From contig CANGPV010000001.1 in NCBI GenBank assembly GCA_947455935.1, positions 1 through 63,658 on the forward strand: a stretch of DNA of 63,658 nucleotides. Reading direction: 5' to 3'. A model generated the notes under the pieces. It had not been told where the DNA came from. It searched no databases and saw only the letters and a list, made by a program, of their open reading frames with translations. A program made the translations under genes and the position numbers. Below, piece by piece: positions 9,894 through 19,172 of this stretch. Positions within the stretch are counted from its first letter, which is position 1, and every line of letters begins with the position of its first letter. The stretch comes from Comamonadaceae bacterium (GTDB lineage Bacteria > Pseudomonadota > Gammaproteobacteria > Burkholderiales > Burkholderiaceae_C).

Positions 9894-11183
9894 TTAAACC
9901 GACGGCGGATGCAAACCATCCGACAAAGACAGGCGATAGGCTCGCCAAGCAGGCACACAACTCGCCAACAAAGCTACGCCACACAAACCGCCCAAGGCCC
10001 ACCACGACTGCGCGGCAGGCCAACCTGTTTGTACCAACACCCCAAACTCGGTACGTAAGACGTCTTGCCCTAGCAGCAACAACGCTTGGCACAGCAAGTA
10101 GCCCAGCACTATACCGACCACGCACACCAACAGGGACTCGAGCAGGACAAAGCCCATCAAGCCCAAGGGTGCTGCGCCCATGGCCCGCAAGATAGCCAGT
10201 TCTTTGCGCCGCCCTGCCATCGCCACCAACAACACCGCAGCCACGCTGAACATGGCACTTACTGCCACCAACATGCCCACCAGCAGCAAGGTGTTTTCCA
10301 CCACTTTCACGATTTGCCAGAGCTCATCCAATGCCACGCCAGGCATGACCGCCATCAACTGCCCACGCTCCAAGCTTTCGATGTTGCGTCGCACCGAAAA
10401 CACCTCGGCACGGTTATGCAAGCCGACCCAGACGGCTGACAAGCTTGTAGGCTGCAGGTCTTTCATGTCAGGCGCTTGAGACAAACCACCCGCTGCCTTC
10501 AAGGCGCTGGGCGAGATACCCATGCCCCAGCCCACATGCATGGCCTCAAACGCTTGCAAACTGACGATGACGCTGCGGTCAATCGGCGCACCCGTAGGAG
10601 CCAAGATGCCGACCACCGTCATGGGATGGTCCTCGTGCTCGGTGCCCGGTCCGCTGGACTGACCATGGGTCAGTACCAGTTTGTCGTTAAGCCGATGACC
10701 AAAGCGTTTGGCCACCTCGGCACCCAACACCACTTCGCTCAAGGCTTGAGGCTGAAGGAGTGGGTCAGCAAACGCCCTTCCCTCGGCCCAACGCAAGCCT
10801 TGTCCTTGGCTTTTGAAACGGGTGAATAGGTCAGGGGTGCTGCCCAGCACTGGATGACCCAAATAGCTGTCCCCCAGTTGAATGGGAACCGCCCACTGAA
10901 CTTGGGGTAGCTGCGCCAAAGCGGTGAAGCCCTCGTAACCCATATTGCGCGAAGGCCGACCGATTTGGAACACGCTGTAGAGCATGAGTTCGGTAGCGCT
11001 GCCGCGTGGCCCCACGATCAGGTCCACGCCACTGAGCGCATTGGAGAAACTGCGTTTGGCGTCGTCACGCAGTTGCTGCACGCCCAACACAATCAACACA
11101 GAGACACACACAGACACAATGACCATGGCCAAAGCTTGGCGACGCGACCATGCACTGCGCCAAGCCAAGCTCAGCCACATCAT
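9894..11183 (-). CDS. ABC transporter permease (MacB/FtsX type)
   Basis: DLIVGPRGS..L.LYSVF, VPIQLGDSY, RRKELAILRAMGA, PAWRAYRLSLSDGL. Confidence 0.9.
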   Translation of the reverse strand: MMWLSLAWRSAWSRRQALAMVIVSVCVSVLIVLGVQQLRDDAKRSFSNALSGVDLIVGPRGSATELMLYSVFQIGRPSRNMGYEGFTALAQLPQVQWAVPIQLGDSYLGHPVLGSTPDLFTRFKSQGQGLRWAEGRAFADPLLQPQALSEVVLGAEVAKRFGHRLNDKLVLTHGQSSGPGTEHEDHPMTVVGILAPTGAPIDRSVIVSLQAFEAMHVGWGMGISPSALKAAGGLSQAPDMKDLQPTSLSAVWVGLHNRAEVFSVRRNIESLERGQLMAVMPGVALDELWQIVKVVENTLLLVGMLVAVSAMFSVAAVLLVAMAGRRKELAILRAMGAAPLGLMGFVLLESLLVCVVGIVLGYLLCQALLLLGQDVLRTEFGVLVQTGWPAAQSWWALGGLCGVALLASCVPAWRAYRLSLSDGLHPPSV

Positions 11184-11869
11184 GGTTGGCCTCGCAAAGG
11201 CATGGCAAAGACTTGGTCGAAACGAGATGCCAGTTGCGGGTTATGGCTGACCATGACCACGCTGGCAGCTTGACGCCGCGCTGTGCCCAACAAAACATCC
11301 AAGAACTCGAGTTGATGGGCCTCGTCCAGCGCCGACGTAGGTTCATCGGCAATCACCAAGCGGGGGCTGCCCATGAGCGCTCGCACCGCAGCAACCCGCT
11401 GCTGCTGACCCACCGACAACTGGTTCACACCTTGCTGCCACACGGCCTTAGGCAGACCCAAGGTGTGCAACAAATGCAAGGCTTGCTGCTCGGCACTGCC
11501 CCATTCCTGCTCGGCAGCAGCGGCACGGCTGGGGAACAATCGGGTAGGCAGCAGCACATTGGTTTTGACATCGAGGTAGGGCAGCAAATTGAACTGCTGA
11601 AAAATCACACCCATGTGCTCGCCACGCAAGCGGTCGCGCTGTGCGGCGCTCATTTGCTTCAAGGCGTGCCCCAGTACTTCGCAGTCTCCGTGCTGAACAG
11701 GAATGACCCCAGCGAGCATGCCCAACAAGGTGCTTTTGCCGCAACCGCTGGGGCCTTGGATGAACAAGTTATCGCCTTGCGGCAAAGCCAAATGCGCAAT
11801 CTCGAACAAAGGCGGCTTATTCCCCCAAGCGTGGGAGATTTGCGAGAGATGCAGGGCGGTATGGGTCAC
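11180..11869 (-). CDS. ABC transporter ATP-binding protein
   Basis: Walker A GPSGCGKST, LSVGQQQR, ADEPTSALD. Confidence 0.93.
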   Translation of the reverse strand: MTHTALHLSQISHAWGNKPPLFEIAHLALPQGDNLFIQGPSGCGKSTLLGMLAGVIPVQHGDCEVLGHALKQMSAAQRDRLRGEHMGVIFQQFNLLPYLDVKTNVLLPTRLFPSRAAAAEQEWGSAEQQALHLLHTLGLPKAVWQQGVNQLSVGQQQRVAAVRALMGSPRLVIADEPTSALDEAHQLEFLDVLLGTARRQAASVVMVSHNPQLASRFDQVFAMPLRGQP

Positions 11870-11872
11870 GGT

Positions 11873-12388
11873 TTACCAACGAAGCACGGGATCTTTGGCT
11901 TTGAGGGTGACGCTGGACTGTCCTTTGGGGCTGACCATGTCCACTTTCAACGCACTTAAGCGGGGATGCTTTTTGAACAAAGGAATTTCAATCTGTGTCA
12001 ATGCACTGGGCTGGCTGCAGCTGAACGCCAGCTCGGCATCCAAATCGCTGTGCTCGGATTTTTTGCCTTTGAACATGTCCGAGTTCACTTGCAAAGACTG
12101 GCTTTGGCAACCCGCCGCCGCAGGCAGGGTGATGAAGTAACTGGCTTGGGTGCTTGCTGTTTGCAAATCGGCCATGGCCTTTTTTTGTTCGGGGGTACGC
12201 GGCAAATACTCGTGGCCCAGCAAGCTTTCCATGGGTATTTCAAAATTGGCTTTGACCGTGCCGCCTTGCACCACCAACTCCAAGTTGCCAAGGCCATGGG
12301 AGTGGGCTGCGTGGTCAGCAGCTTGCGCGGTGCAAAGCGCTCCCACGCTGAGCACCCCCACACACACATACCGTCCACAAAGCTTCAT
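11873..12388 (-). CDS. DUF2796 / ZrgA-like periplasmic zinc-binding protein
   Basis: Signal peptide; AHSHG, P.ESLLGHE, EHSDLDA...F.C; leads ATPase-permease-DUF3299 as in Pseudomonas PA4063-66 and Vibrio zrg operons. Confidence 0.8.
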   Translation of the reverse strand: MKLCGRYVCVGVLSVGALCTAQAADHAAHSHGLGNLELVVQGGTVKANFEIPMESLLGHEYLPRTPEQKKAMADLQTASTQASYFITLPAAAGCQSQSLQVNSDMFKGKKSEHSDLDAELAFSCSQPSALTQIEIPLFKKHPRLSALKVDMVSPKGQSSVTLKAKDPVLRW

Positions 12389-13392
12389 CAGTCCCCCGCC
12401 ACCTTGAGCATGATTTTGCCAATGTGGGTAGACGACTCCATCAGCGCATGGGCTTGCGCGGCTTGCTCGAGTTCAAACACTTGGTGAATGACGGGCAAGG
12501 CTTTGCCTTGGGCCAGCAGCGGCCACACCTGCGTTTGCAATTCATGGGCCATTTGCGCCTTGTCCGCCGCGCTGCGCGGACGCAGGGTGGAGCCGGTGAA
12601 GGTCAGGCGTTTGACCATCAGCGCGATCCAATCAACCTCGGTTTTGGAGGGCTGTAAAAACGCAATTTGCACCAAGCGCCCGTCGATGGCCAAGGTCTGC
12701 AAATTGCGCTGCATATAGTCGCCGCCCACCATATCCAAGATGATGTTCACGCCTTTTTGCTCGGTGGCGGCAAGCGCTTGAGCCACAAAATCTTGCTGGC
12801 GGTAATCGATGGCCACATCGGCACCGGCCTTTAAACAAGCCGCGACCTTGTCGGCATTGCCCACGGTACACAGCACCTTGGCACCAAAGGCCTTGGCGAG
12901 TTGAATGGCCGTCAAGCCAATGCCGGACGAGCCGCCATGCACCAAGAAAGTTTCACCCGCTTGCAAACGGCCGCGCTGAAACACATTGGTCCACACGGTG
13001 AAGTAGTTTTCAGGCAAAGCCGCCGCTTGCAACAGGCTTAAACCCTTGGGAACAGGCAAGGCTTGCCCCTCGGGGATGCAGACGTACTCGGCGTAAGCGC
13101 CACCATTGGCCAAACCACATACCGCGTCGCCCACCTTCCAGCGGGTCACGCCCTCGCCCAGCGCCACCACATGGCCCGAGGCTTCCAAACCCAAAATGGG
13201 CGAGGCACCGGGTGGCGGTGGGTAGCGACCGCTGCGCTGCAAGCAATCGGGTCGGTTCACACCCGCATAAGCCACCTTGACCAAGACCTCGCCAGCGGCA
13301 GGCGCGGGCACGCCGGTCTGGGCGGGCTGGAGTATGTCGGGGGCGCCACCACTGCCGTGGTCGATAAAGCGCATCAAAGTGGGGATCGTCAT
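12388..13392 (-). CDS. NAD(P)H:quinone oxidoreductase (PIG3/zeta-crystallin MDR family)
   Basis: AGVNRPD..QR.G.YPPPPGAS..LGLE, HGGSSGIG, GSTLRPR, HIGKI. Confidence 0.92.
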   Translation of the reverse strand: MTIPTLMRFIDHGSGGAPDILQPAQTGVPAPAAGEVLVKVAYAGVNRPDCLQRSGRYPPPPGASPILGLEASGHVVALGEGVTRWKVGDAVCGLANGGAYAEYVCIPEGQALPVPKGLSLLQAAALPENYFTVWTNVFQRGRLQAGETFLVHGGSSGIGLTAIQLAKAFGAKVLCTVGNADKVAACLKAGADVAIDYRQQDFVAQALAATEQKGVNIILDMVGGDYMQRNLQTLAIDGRLVQIAFLQPSKTEVDWIALMVKRLTFTGSTLRPRSAADKAQMAHELQTQVWPLLAQGKALPVIHQVFELEQAAQAHALMESSTHIGKIMLKVAGD

Positions 13393-13504
13393 CGTCAAAA
13401 CCTTGTGAAAAACAGCCGTGCACACTGGGGAGCTGGGCTGGGGCGTGCAGGATAGCACTGTGTCTCACCCAGCAGCTGGCAGCCCTGATTCAAACTCAGC
13501 TAAA

Positions 13505-13520
13505 CTGTGTTTTTATACAG
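13505..13520 (+). promoter_or_regulatory. LexA (SOS) box upstream of umuD
   Basis: CTGT-gtttttat-ACAG followed by TA, 18 bp before the umuD ATG; matches the beta/gamma-proteobacterial CTGT-N8-ACAG consensus. Confidence 0.92.
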
Positions 13521-13538
13521 TAGTTACGTGAGCTTGAC

Positions 13539-13985
13539 ATGCAAACCCTGCACCAGCAACCCCAAACCCTGCAAAGCCAGCCCAGCGCTGCCCCTCTGCG
13601 CCTGCTGCTGCACCGTATGTCGGCAGGCTTTCCCTCACCCGCTGCTGACGACACCGAAGACAGCTTGGACCTCAACGACTACTTGGTACGCCACAAACCT
13701 GCCACCTTCATGTTCAATGTGCGCGGCGACTCCATGCGCGGCGCCAGCATCGAAGACGGCGACAAGGTGGTGGTGGACCGCTCGCTGCAAGCACGGCACA
13801 ACGACATCGTCATCGCCGTGGTCGAGGGCGACTACACCATCAAACGCTTGCACCAACAGCATGGACGCATCGAACTGCGCCCCGACAACCCCGCCTACCA
13901 AGCCATTGTGCTGAGCGCCGAGCGGCCTTTGGAGGTGTGGGGCGTGGTGGTCGGCGTGGTGCGGCGTTTGAAGCGCGGAGGCTGA
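13539..13985 (+). CDS. umuD: DNA polymerase V subunit UmuD (S24 peptidase)
   Basis: AGFPSPA cleavage site, GDSM catalytic Ser, TIKRL catalytic Lys, VWGVV. Confidence 0.93.
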   Translation: MQTLHQQPQTLQSQPSAAPLRLLLHRMSAGFPSPAADDTEDSLDLNDYLVRHKPATFMFNVRGDSMRGASIEDGDKVVVDRSLQARHNDIVIAVVEGDYTIKRLHQQHGRIELRPDNPAYQAIVLSAERPLEVWGVVVGVVRRLKRGG

Positions 13986-13987
13986 AC

Positions 13988-15277
13988 ATGGGTACGGTGG
14001 CGCAGTTTGCCTTGGTGGACGTCAACAATTTCTATGTCAGTTGCGAGCGTGTGTTTCAGCCACATTTGCAAGACGTGCCCATGGTGGTGCTGTCCAACAA
14101 CGATGGCTGCGCCGTGGCTCGCTCCAACGAAGTGAAGGCGCTGGGCGTGAAGATGGGTGCACCATGGTTTTCGCTGAAAGACTTGGCGCTGCAACACGGC
14201 ATACAAGCCTTGTCCTCCAACTACACGCTGTACGCCGACATGAGCCAACGTGTGGTGGACATCTTGCGTGACTACGCCCCCGACTTAGAGGTCTACAGCA
14301 TCGACGAAAGCTTTTTGCGTGTCGAGCAAGTGCTGCCGCTGCACGGCGGCGGCGTGGCGCTGGGGCGGCAGATGCGCCAACGCATACGCCAGTGGACGGG
14401 CCTGCCGGTGTGCGTGGGCATAGGGCCGACCAAAACCTTGGCCAAGTTCGCCAACCACCTGGCCAAAAAACAAGCGGTGTTTGAGGGCGTGTGCGATTTG
14501 AACGCCCTGTCTCGCCCCGAGCGCCAAGACTGGATGGCGCAAACCGAGGTACGCGAGGTGTGGGGCGTGGGCAGCCGAACCGCGCGGCGTTTGGCCGACA
14601 TGGATATTCACACTGTGCTCGATTTACGCAACACACCGCCTGCACGGGTGCGTCAGCGCTTTGGCGTGGTGATGGAGCGCATCGTGTGCGAGTTGCGTGG
14701 CGTGAGTTGCTTGGGGCTGGAAGACATCACACCGCCCAAACAACAAATCATGGCGTCACGCAGCTTTGGCAGACCGGTACACAGCATGGTCGAGTTGCGC
14801 GAAGCGCTCAGCACCCATGTGGCACGGGCGGGCGAAAAACTGCGTGCCCAGCAGTCGCTGGCGGGTGCGGTGCAGGTGTTCATACGCACCAACCCTTTCA
14901 AACCCGATGAACCGCAATACAACGCCAGTTTGGTGCTGCCCTTGCCTGAACCCAGCGACGACACCCGTTTGCTCAGCGACGCGGTATGGGTGGCTTTGCG
15001 CCACCTCTTTCGTGCAGGGTTTGCCTATAAAAAAGCCGGCGTCATGTTGTGCGCTTTGAGCGAAGCACAACGGCCCCAACACGGTTTATTTGAACACCCC
15101 GTGACCCGCGCAAAAGATACCGCTTTGATGCAAACGATGGACCGTCTGAACCTGCATTTCGGGCGTGGCACCGTGCATTTGGCGGCGACCGGCCTGACAC
15201 GTGACTGGCGTATGCGCAGCGCCAACCGTTCGCCCCGCTTCACCACCTGTTGGGATGAGTTACCCAGTGCTCAGTGA
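13988..15277 (+). CDS. umuC: DNA polymerase V catalytic subunit UmuC (Y family)
   Basis: [53 protein letters not shown]. Confidence 0.95.
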   Translation: MGTVAQFALVDVNNFYVSCERVFQPHLQDVPMVVLSNNDGCAVARSNEVKALGVKMGAPWFSLKDLALQHGIQALSSNYTLYADMSQRVVDILRDYAPDLEVYSIDESFLRVEQVLPLHGGGVALGRQMRQRIRQWTGLPVCVGIGPTKTLAKFANHLAKKQAVFEGVCDLNALSRPERQDWMAQTEVREVWGVGSRTARRLADMDIHTVLDLRNTPPARVRQRFGVVMERIVCELRGVSCLGLEDITPPKQQIMASRSFGRPVHSMVELREALSTHVARAGEKLRAQQSLAGAVQVFIRTNPFKPDEPQYNASLVLPLPEPSDDTRLLSDAVWVALRHLFRAGFAYKKAGVMLCALSEAQRPQHGLFEHPVTRAKDTALMQTMDRLNLHFGRGTVHLAATGLTRDWRMRSANRSPRFTTCWDELPSAQ

Positions 15278-15283
15278 CGAGGC

Positions 15284-15844
15284 TTAGCGCCACACCACCG
15301 TCTCGAAGTGCACGCTACCCAAATGGCTGCTCAGCGTCATACCGCCCTCTTGGATCGTGGCTTGCAATTGCATGCTGCGCTCGGCCATGGCGGCCATGGC
15401 TTGCGAGGCCTCAGAAGGAATACGCATCACTTTGAGCTTGTCTTGGCGATGCAATTTGTTCTCGATGCCACGCCACCAAATATCCGCCGAGTGTGCAAAG
15501 GCATAGACCAGCACACGGTCAGACTTGCTGCACGCACGCAACATGGGCTTTTCTTCGGGCTGGCCCACCTCGATCCACACCCGTTTGCGGCCGGTGAAAT
15601 CGGTGATGGACACATCGGGGTCGTCGGGGTCGGACAAGCCCGCACCAAAGGCCAGCACTGCGTCACCTTGACACAGGTCCTGCACTTCATGGGCGTTCAT
15701 GGCGAGGGCGACAAGCCGCACCATCATGCGCTCATCGGTTTCGCTGGGATGACGCGCCAAGGTGAGCGCATGGTCAGCGTAATAGCCATGGTCGATATCA
15801 GCGATCTGCAGCTGCGCCTTGTAGATGGTAGATTTGATGGCCAT
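15284..15844 (-). CDS. yaeQ: YaeQ family protein
   Basis: MAIKSTIYK, ARHPSETDERMMVRL, WIEVGQP, MQLQATIQEG. Confidence 0.93.
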   Translation of the reverse strand: MAIKSTIYKAQLQIADIDHGYYADHALTLARHPSETDERMMVRLVALAMNAHEVQDLCQGDAVLAFGAGLSDPDDPDVSITDFTGRKRVWIEVGQPEEKPMLRACSKSDRVLVYAFAHSADIWWRGIENKLHRQDKLKVMRIPSEASQAMAAMAERSMQLQATIQEGGMTLSSHLGSVHFETVVWR

Positions 15845-15886
15845 GGGCGATGATAGTCTGCGCCCTGCCCCTCACAAGCATCCACC

Positions 15887-16690
15887 ATGACACCCGACAC
15901 ACTTTTGCAGCACATCGATCAAGGCAGCCTGTGGCCCGCCGACAGCGTGGCGAGCATCCCCAGCGATGTTGCACTGGCCTACCACACCGCTTTGCAAGTG
16001 CGGCAGTTGCGTGTGCAGCGCGGCGAACAACCGCGCGGCTTCAAAATCGGTTTCACCAACCGCAGCATTTGGGAACGCTACCAAGTGTTCGAGCCCATTT
16101 GGGGCACGGTGTGGAACACCACCCTCACCCACGCTGATGCGCAGGGCGAGGGCTGGGTCGATATCAGCCACATGAGCCAACCACGCTTAGAGCCTGAGTT
16201 GGTGTTTGGGATGCGCAGCACCCCCGCTGACGACTTGAACCCGCAAAGCCTGTTTGAGGCTATCGAGTGGATGGCTTGCGGTTTTGAAATCGTGCAATCG
16301 CACGCCACCGATTGGCGTTTCAAAGTGGCCGACACCGTGACCGACAGCGGACTGCATGCCCACTTGTTGGTGGGCAAGCCCTTGGCCGTACGGGATGTCG
16401 CCGCAGACGGCGCAGCTTTGCACACCCTGCTGTCAGGCATGTCGCTGCAACTGATGCACGAAGGCAAAACGGTGGAGACAGGCTACGCCAGCAACGTGCT
16501 GGACAGCCCCCTGATGGCCTTGCTGTATTTTTTGAAAGCCTTGCGGCAGTGCCCTGGTGCGCCCGATGTGCAGGCGGGTGACGTGATCACCACAGGGACT
16601 TGGACAGATGCTTGGCCCCTGGTAGCGGGGCAGCGATGGGAGAGCCGCTATGCGCAGCCTTTGACAGGATTGAAAATCAATGTGACTTAA
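15887..16690 (+). CDS. 2-keto-4-pentenoate hydratase-like FAH-family protein
   Basis: GFKIGFT, QPRLEPE, FEIVQS, AGDVITTGT. Confidence 0.85.
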   Translation: MTPDTLLQHIDQGSLWPADSVASIPSDVALAYHTALQVRQLRVQRGEQPRGFKIGFTNRSIWERYQVFEPIWGTVWNTTLTHADAQGEGWVDISHMSQPRLEPELVFGMRSTPADDLNPQSLFEAIEWMACGFEIVQSHATDWRFKVADTVTDSGLHAHLLVGKPLAVRDVAADGAALHTLLSGMSLQLMHEGKTVETGYASNVLDSPLMALLYFLKALRQCPGAPDVQAGDVITTGTWTDAWPLVAGQRWESRYAQPLTGLKINVT

Positions 16691-16881
16691 GCGCGTAAGG
16701 CGCGAAGGCCGGGGTACAAGCGCGATACGGGACGGCTTTTTTGTTCAGCCTCTTGCGCCATTTGGCTACGAATGCGCTCGAAGGTGTTGCGAATGGGCGT
16801 ATTTTCAGAAGGCACATAACTTGAGTGTGTCGTTGACTCGGTTTGAGGTGCCGACATCTGATCTGAAGGTGACTTGTTCAT
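16687..16881 (-). CDS. Small hypothetical protein (64 aa)
   Basis: ATG-initiated ORF filling the gap, convergent with the hydratase gene; no recognisable motif. Confidence 0.35.
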   Translation of the reverse strand: MNKSPSDQMSAPQTESTTHSSYVPSENTPIRNTFERIRSQMAQEAEQKSRPVSRLYPGLRALRA

Positions 16882-17061
16882 GGTGGTAGGGGTTTAACAA
16901 TCCTGCTGCTGTTAACGCCCCAAACTGGGCTGCGGATGACAAATTAACCCAAAAAACGCAAAAAATGAATAATCTTTTTTTCACCTGCCAAATAAAAATA
17001 CTTAAAGTTTCATTTTTAAATTTATTGAGTATTTAAAGGCTCTGTCTATATAACCTCCATT

Positions 17062-17109
17062 TGCACCAGGCTAGTGCCCTTCTTGCCCCCAAAGCACACC
17101 GATGGGGCA
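17062..17109 (+). promoter_or_regulatory. Tandem NtrC-like boxes upstream of the GSDH-family gene
   Basis: GCAC-caggcta-GTGC (17063-17077) and GCAC-accgatg-GGGC (17094-17108), 31 bp apart; no sigma54 promoter found downstream. Confidence 0.45.
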
Positions 17110-17344
17110 AGCCCATCCCACCACACCAACACATGCTTTGTTACTCTCAAAACCGTTACACCAAAACCTATTTCCCTGCAACTACCGTGCATAGAGTTAA
17201 CACCTATGCAATCGGCATGACAACGGTTCTATCATGCATTCGCCTGATAAAAGGGTGCAATCCCAAGGACAGGGTTGTTAAGTTTACTTAGCAACAGCAA
17301 GTCGGGGTTGTTACGTTCAATTCACAAAGATGAGGAGTTCTCTA

Positions 17345-18655
17345 ATGCGTGCACTTAAACTGGTTGCGGCGATTGCTGCGACTACATTGATGGCATTCGG
17401 CTCGGCAGCACACGCCGGTCCTAGCGTCAAGCTGGAAAAAGTAGTCAGCGGTATCAACACGCCGCTGTCCATGGTGCAACCTGCTGGCGACAGCCGCATG
17501 TTCGTCACTGAACAAAACGGCCGTATCAAGATTATTGAAAACGGCAAAGTTGCTGGCACCTTCCTCGACATCCGCAGCAAGATCGTTCCCTTGATGCAAG
17601 ATTTCGACGAGCGCGGTCTGTTGGGCTTGGCTTTCCACCCTGACTTCAAATCGAACGGCAAGTTCTATGTGGCTTACTCAGCTCACTTGGACTACCAATC
17701 AGATTTGGGTCAAATGCTTTGGTACAACCACAGCAACGTGGTTGAAGAGTACACAGTCTCCAAAGGCGACAAAAACGCTGCAGATATGTCTTCAGCACGT
17801 CGTATCCACTCCATCAGCTGGCCCCAGTTCAACCACAATGGTCACTGGATCGGCTTTGGTCCCGATAAGAAGTTGTACATCTCCACCGGCGACGGCGGCT
17901 ATGCCAACGACTGGGGTATTGGCCACAATCCTTTGGTCGGTAACGGTCAAGACTTGACCACCCCCATGGGCAAAATCCTGCGCATCGACGTTGACGCACG
18001 TACAGGCGACAAGCCTTACGGTGTTCCTTCTGACAATCCATTTGTCGGCAAGAAAGACGTTCTGCCAGAAATCTGGGCTTACGGTCTGCGTAACCCCTGG
18101 AGATGTTCATTCGACCAAGCTGGTGGCACACAACTGTATTGCGGCGACGTGCAGCAAAACAGCTGGGAAGCCGTTAAAGCTATCGACAAAGGCCAAAACA
18201 TGGGCTGGCGTCGTGTGGAAGGTGTGATGCGCTGCTTCAACTGGGCAGAGCCTGACAACCATCCCGCTAGCTGCGACAAATCTGGCATCACTGCTTCCAT
18301 CATGGAGTACGCCAACTGCACAGCCGTTCCTAACGGTTGCAAAGGCATCTCCGTGACTGGTGGCTACATCTCCCGCGGCGATGGCACTGGCTCTAAAGGC
18401 AAGTACATCTTCGGCGACTGGAGCAAAGGCTTTGCTGAAAACGACGGCCAAATCTTCATCGGTACCAAAGGTGCTGATGGCAAATGGTCCATGGAAGTTG
18501 CTTCTGTTGAAGTCCAAGGTGGAACCCCCAACGGCAAGACCCCTTACATCCTGGCTTTCGCCCAAGATGCCAAAGGTGACGTCTATGCTTTGACCTCCAT
18601 TACTACTGGCCCCAACGGCTCTTCTGACACCATCTACAAAGTTGTTACCAAATAA
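17345..18655 (+). CDS. Exported glucose/sorbosone dehydrogenase (GSDH)-family beta-propeller, HHIP-like subgroup
   Basis: GAGGAG RBS; Sec signal ..AAHA; ERGLLGLAFHPDF, NHNG, FGPD..LYISTGDGG, GKILRIDVD, YGLRNPWRCSFD, SVTGG, YIFGDW. Confidence 0.9.
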   Translation: MRALKLVAAIAATTLMAFGSAAHAGPSVKLEKVVSGINTPLSMVQPAGDSRMFVTEQNGRIKIIENGKVAGTFLDIRSKIVPLMQDFDERGLLGLAFHPDFKSNGKFYVAYSAHLDYQSDLGQMLWYNHSNVVEEYTVSKGDKNAADMSSARRIHSISWPQFNHNGHWIGFGPDKKLYISTGDGGYANDWGIGHNPLVGNGQDLTTPMGKILRIDVDARTGDKPYGVPSDNPFVGKKDVLPEIWAYGLRNPWRCSFDQAGGTQLYCGDVQQNSWEAVKAIDKGQNMGWRRVEGVMRCFNWAEPDNHPASCDKSGITASIMEYANCTAVPNGCKGISVTGGYISRGDGTGSKGKYIFGDWSKGFAENDGQIFIGTKGADGKWSMEVASVEVQGGTPNGKTPYILAFAQDAKGDVYALTSITTGPNGSSDTIYKVVTK

Positions 18656-18674
18656 TTTTGTCATTTGAAGTCTG

Positions 18675-18713
18675 AAACTGCCACCTGTGCGACACGGGTG
18701 GCAGTTTTTTTTT
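18675..18713 (+). terminator. Rho-independent terminator after the GSDH gene
   Basis: aaactgccacctgtg-cga-cacgggtggcagttt hairpin followed by a T9 run. Confidence 0.9.
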
Positions 18714-18728
18714 GCATATACTGATCTC

Positions 18729-19139
18729 ATGAAAACTTCACGTACCCCTCTTATTTCTCTGCGCCGCGCACCGCTGATGCTGTGTGTTTCAACCTTGCTG
18801 GCCCTTGGCTTGGCAAGCACCTCTGTATGGTCTGAAGAAGCCGCGGCACCCGCCGCCAACGACGAGCCTGTGCCCGAATTCACGGCTGCCATGATGAAAG
18901 ACCCTGCCAACATAGAAGCTGGCAAACAAGTGTGGGATGGTCAGTGCCGTCACTGCCATGGCAACAGCGCCTACCCTGGCAAAGCGCCCAAACTCAAACC
19001 CTCGAGCTATCAGCCCGACTTTGTGTATGACCGCGTCACCAACGGTTTTCGCAAAATGCCTGCGTGGAAGGCTGTGTTCTCCCAACAGCAGCGCATTGGT
19101 GTGGTGACCTTCATCATGGGTGAAGAGTTCATGCCCTGA
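18729..19139 (+). CDS. Periplasmic monoheme cytochrome c
   Basis: Signal peptide; CRHCH heme motif; APKL; distal Met in G..KMPAW. Confidence 0.92.
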   Translation: MKTSRTPLISLRRAPLMLCVSTLLALGLASTSVWSEEAAAPAANDEPVPEFTAAMMKDPANIEAGKQVWDGQCRHCHGNSAYPGKAPKLKPSSYQPDFVYDRVTNGFRKMPAWKAVFSQQQRIGVVTFIMGEEFMP

Positions 19140-19172
19140 TTGTTTGTAGCGCGGCTTTTCTTCGCGCCAATC

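Noticed and set aside
11150-11959. 269-aa plus-strand ORF
   Set aside because: Antisense shadow of the ABC ATPase.
17110-17344. Sigma54 promoter for the GSDH gene
   Set aside because: The best candidate CGGCATGACAACGGT has GT instead of GC at -12; I found no convincing GG-N10-GC match.
18107-18925. 272-aa minus-strand ORF
   Set aside because: Antisense shadow of the GSDH and cytochrome c genes; crosses a terminator; no motifs.
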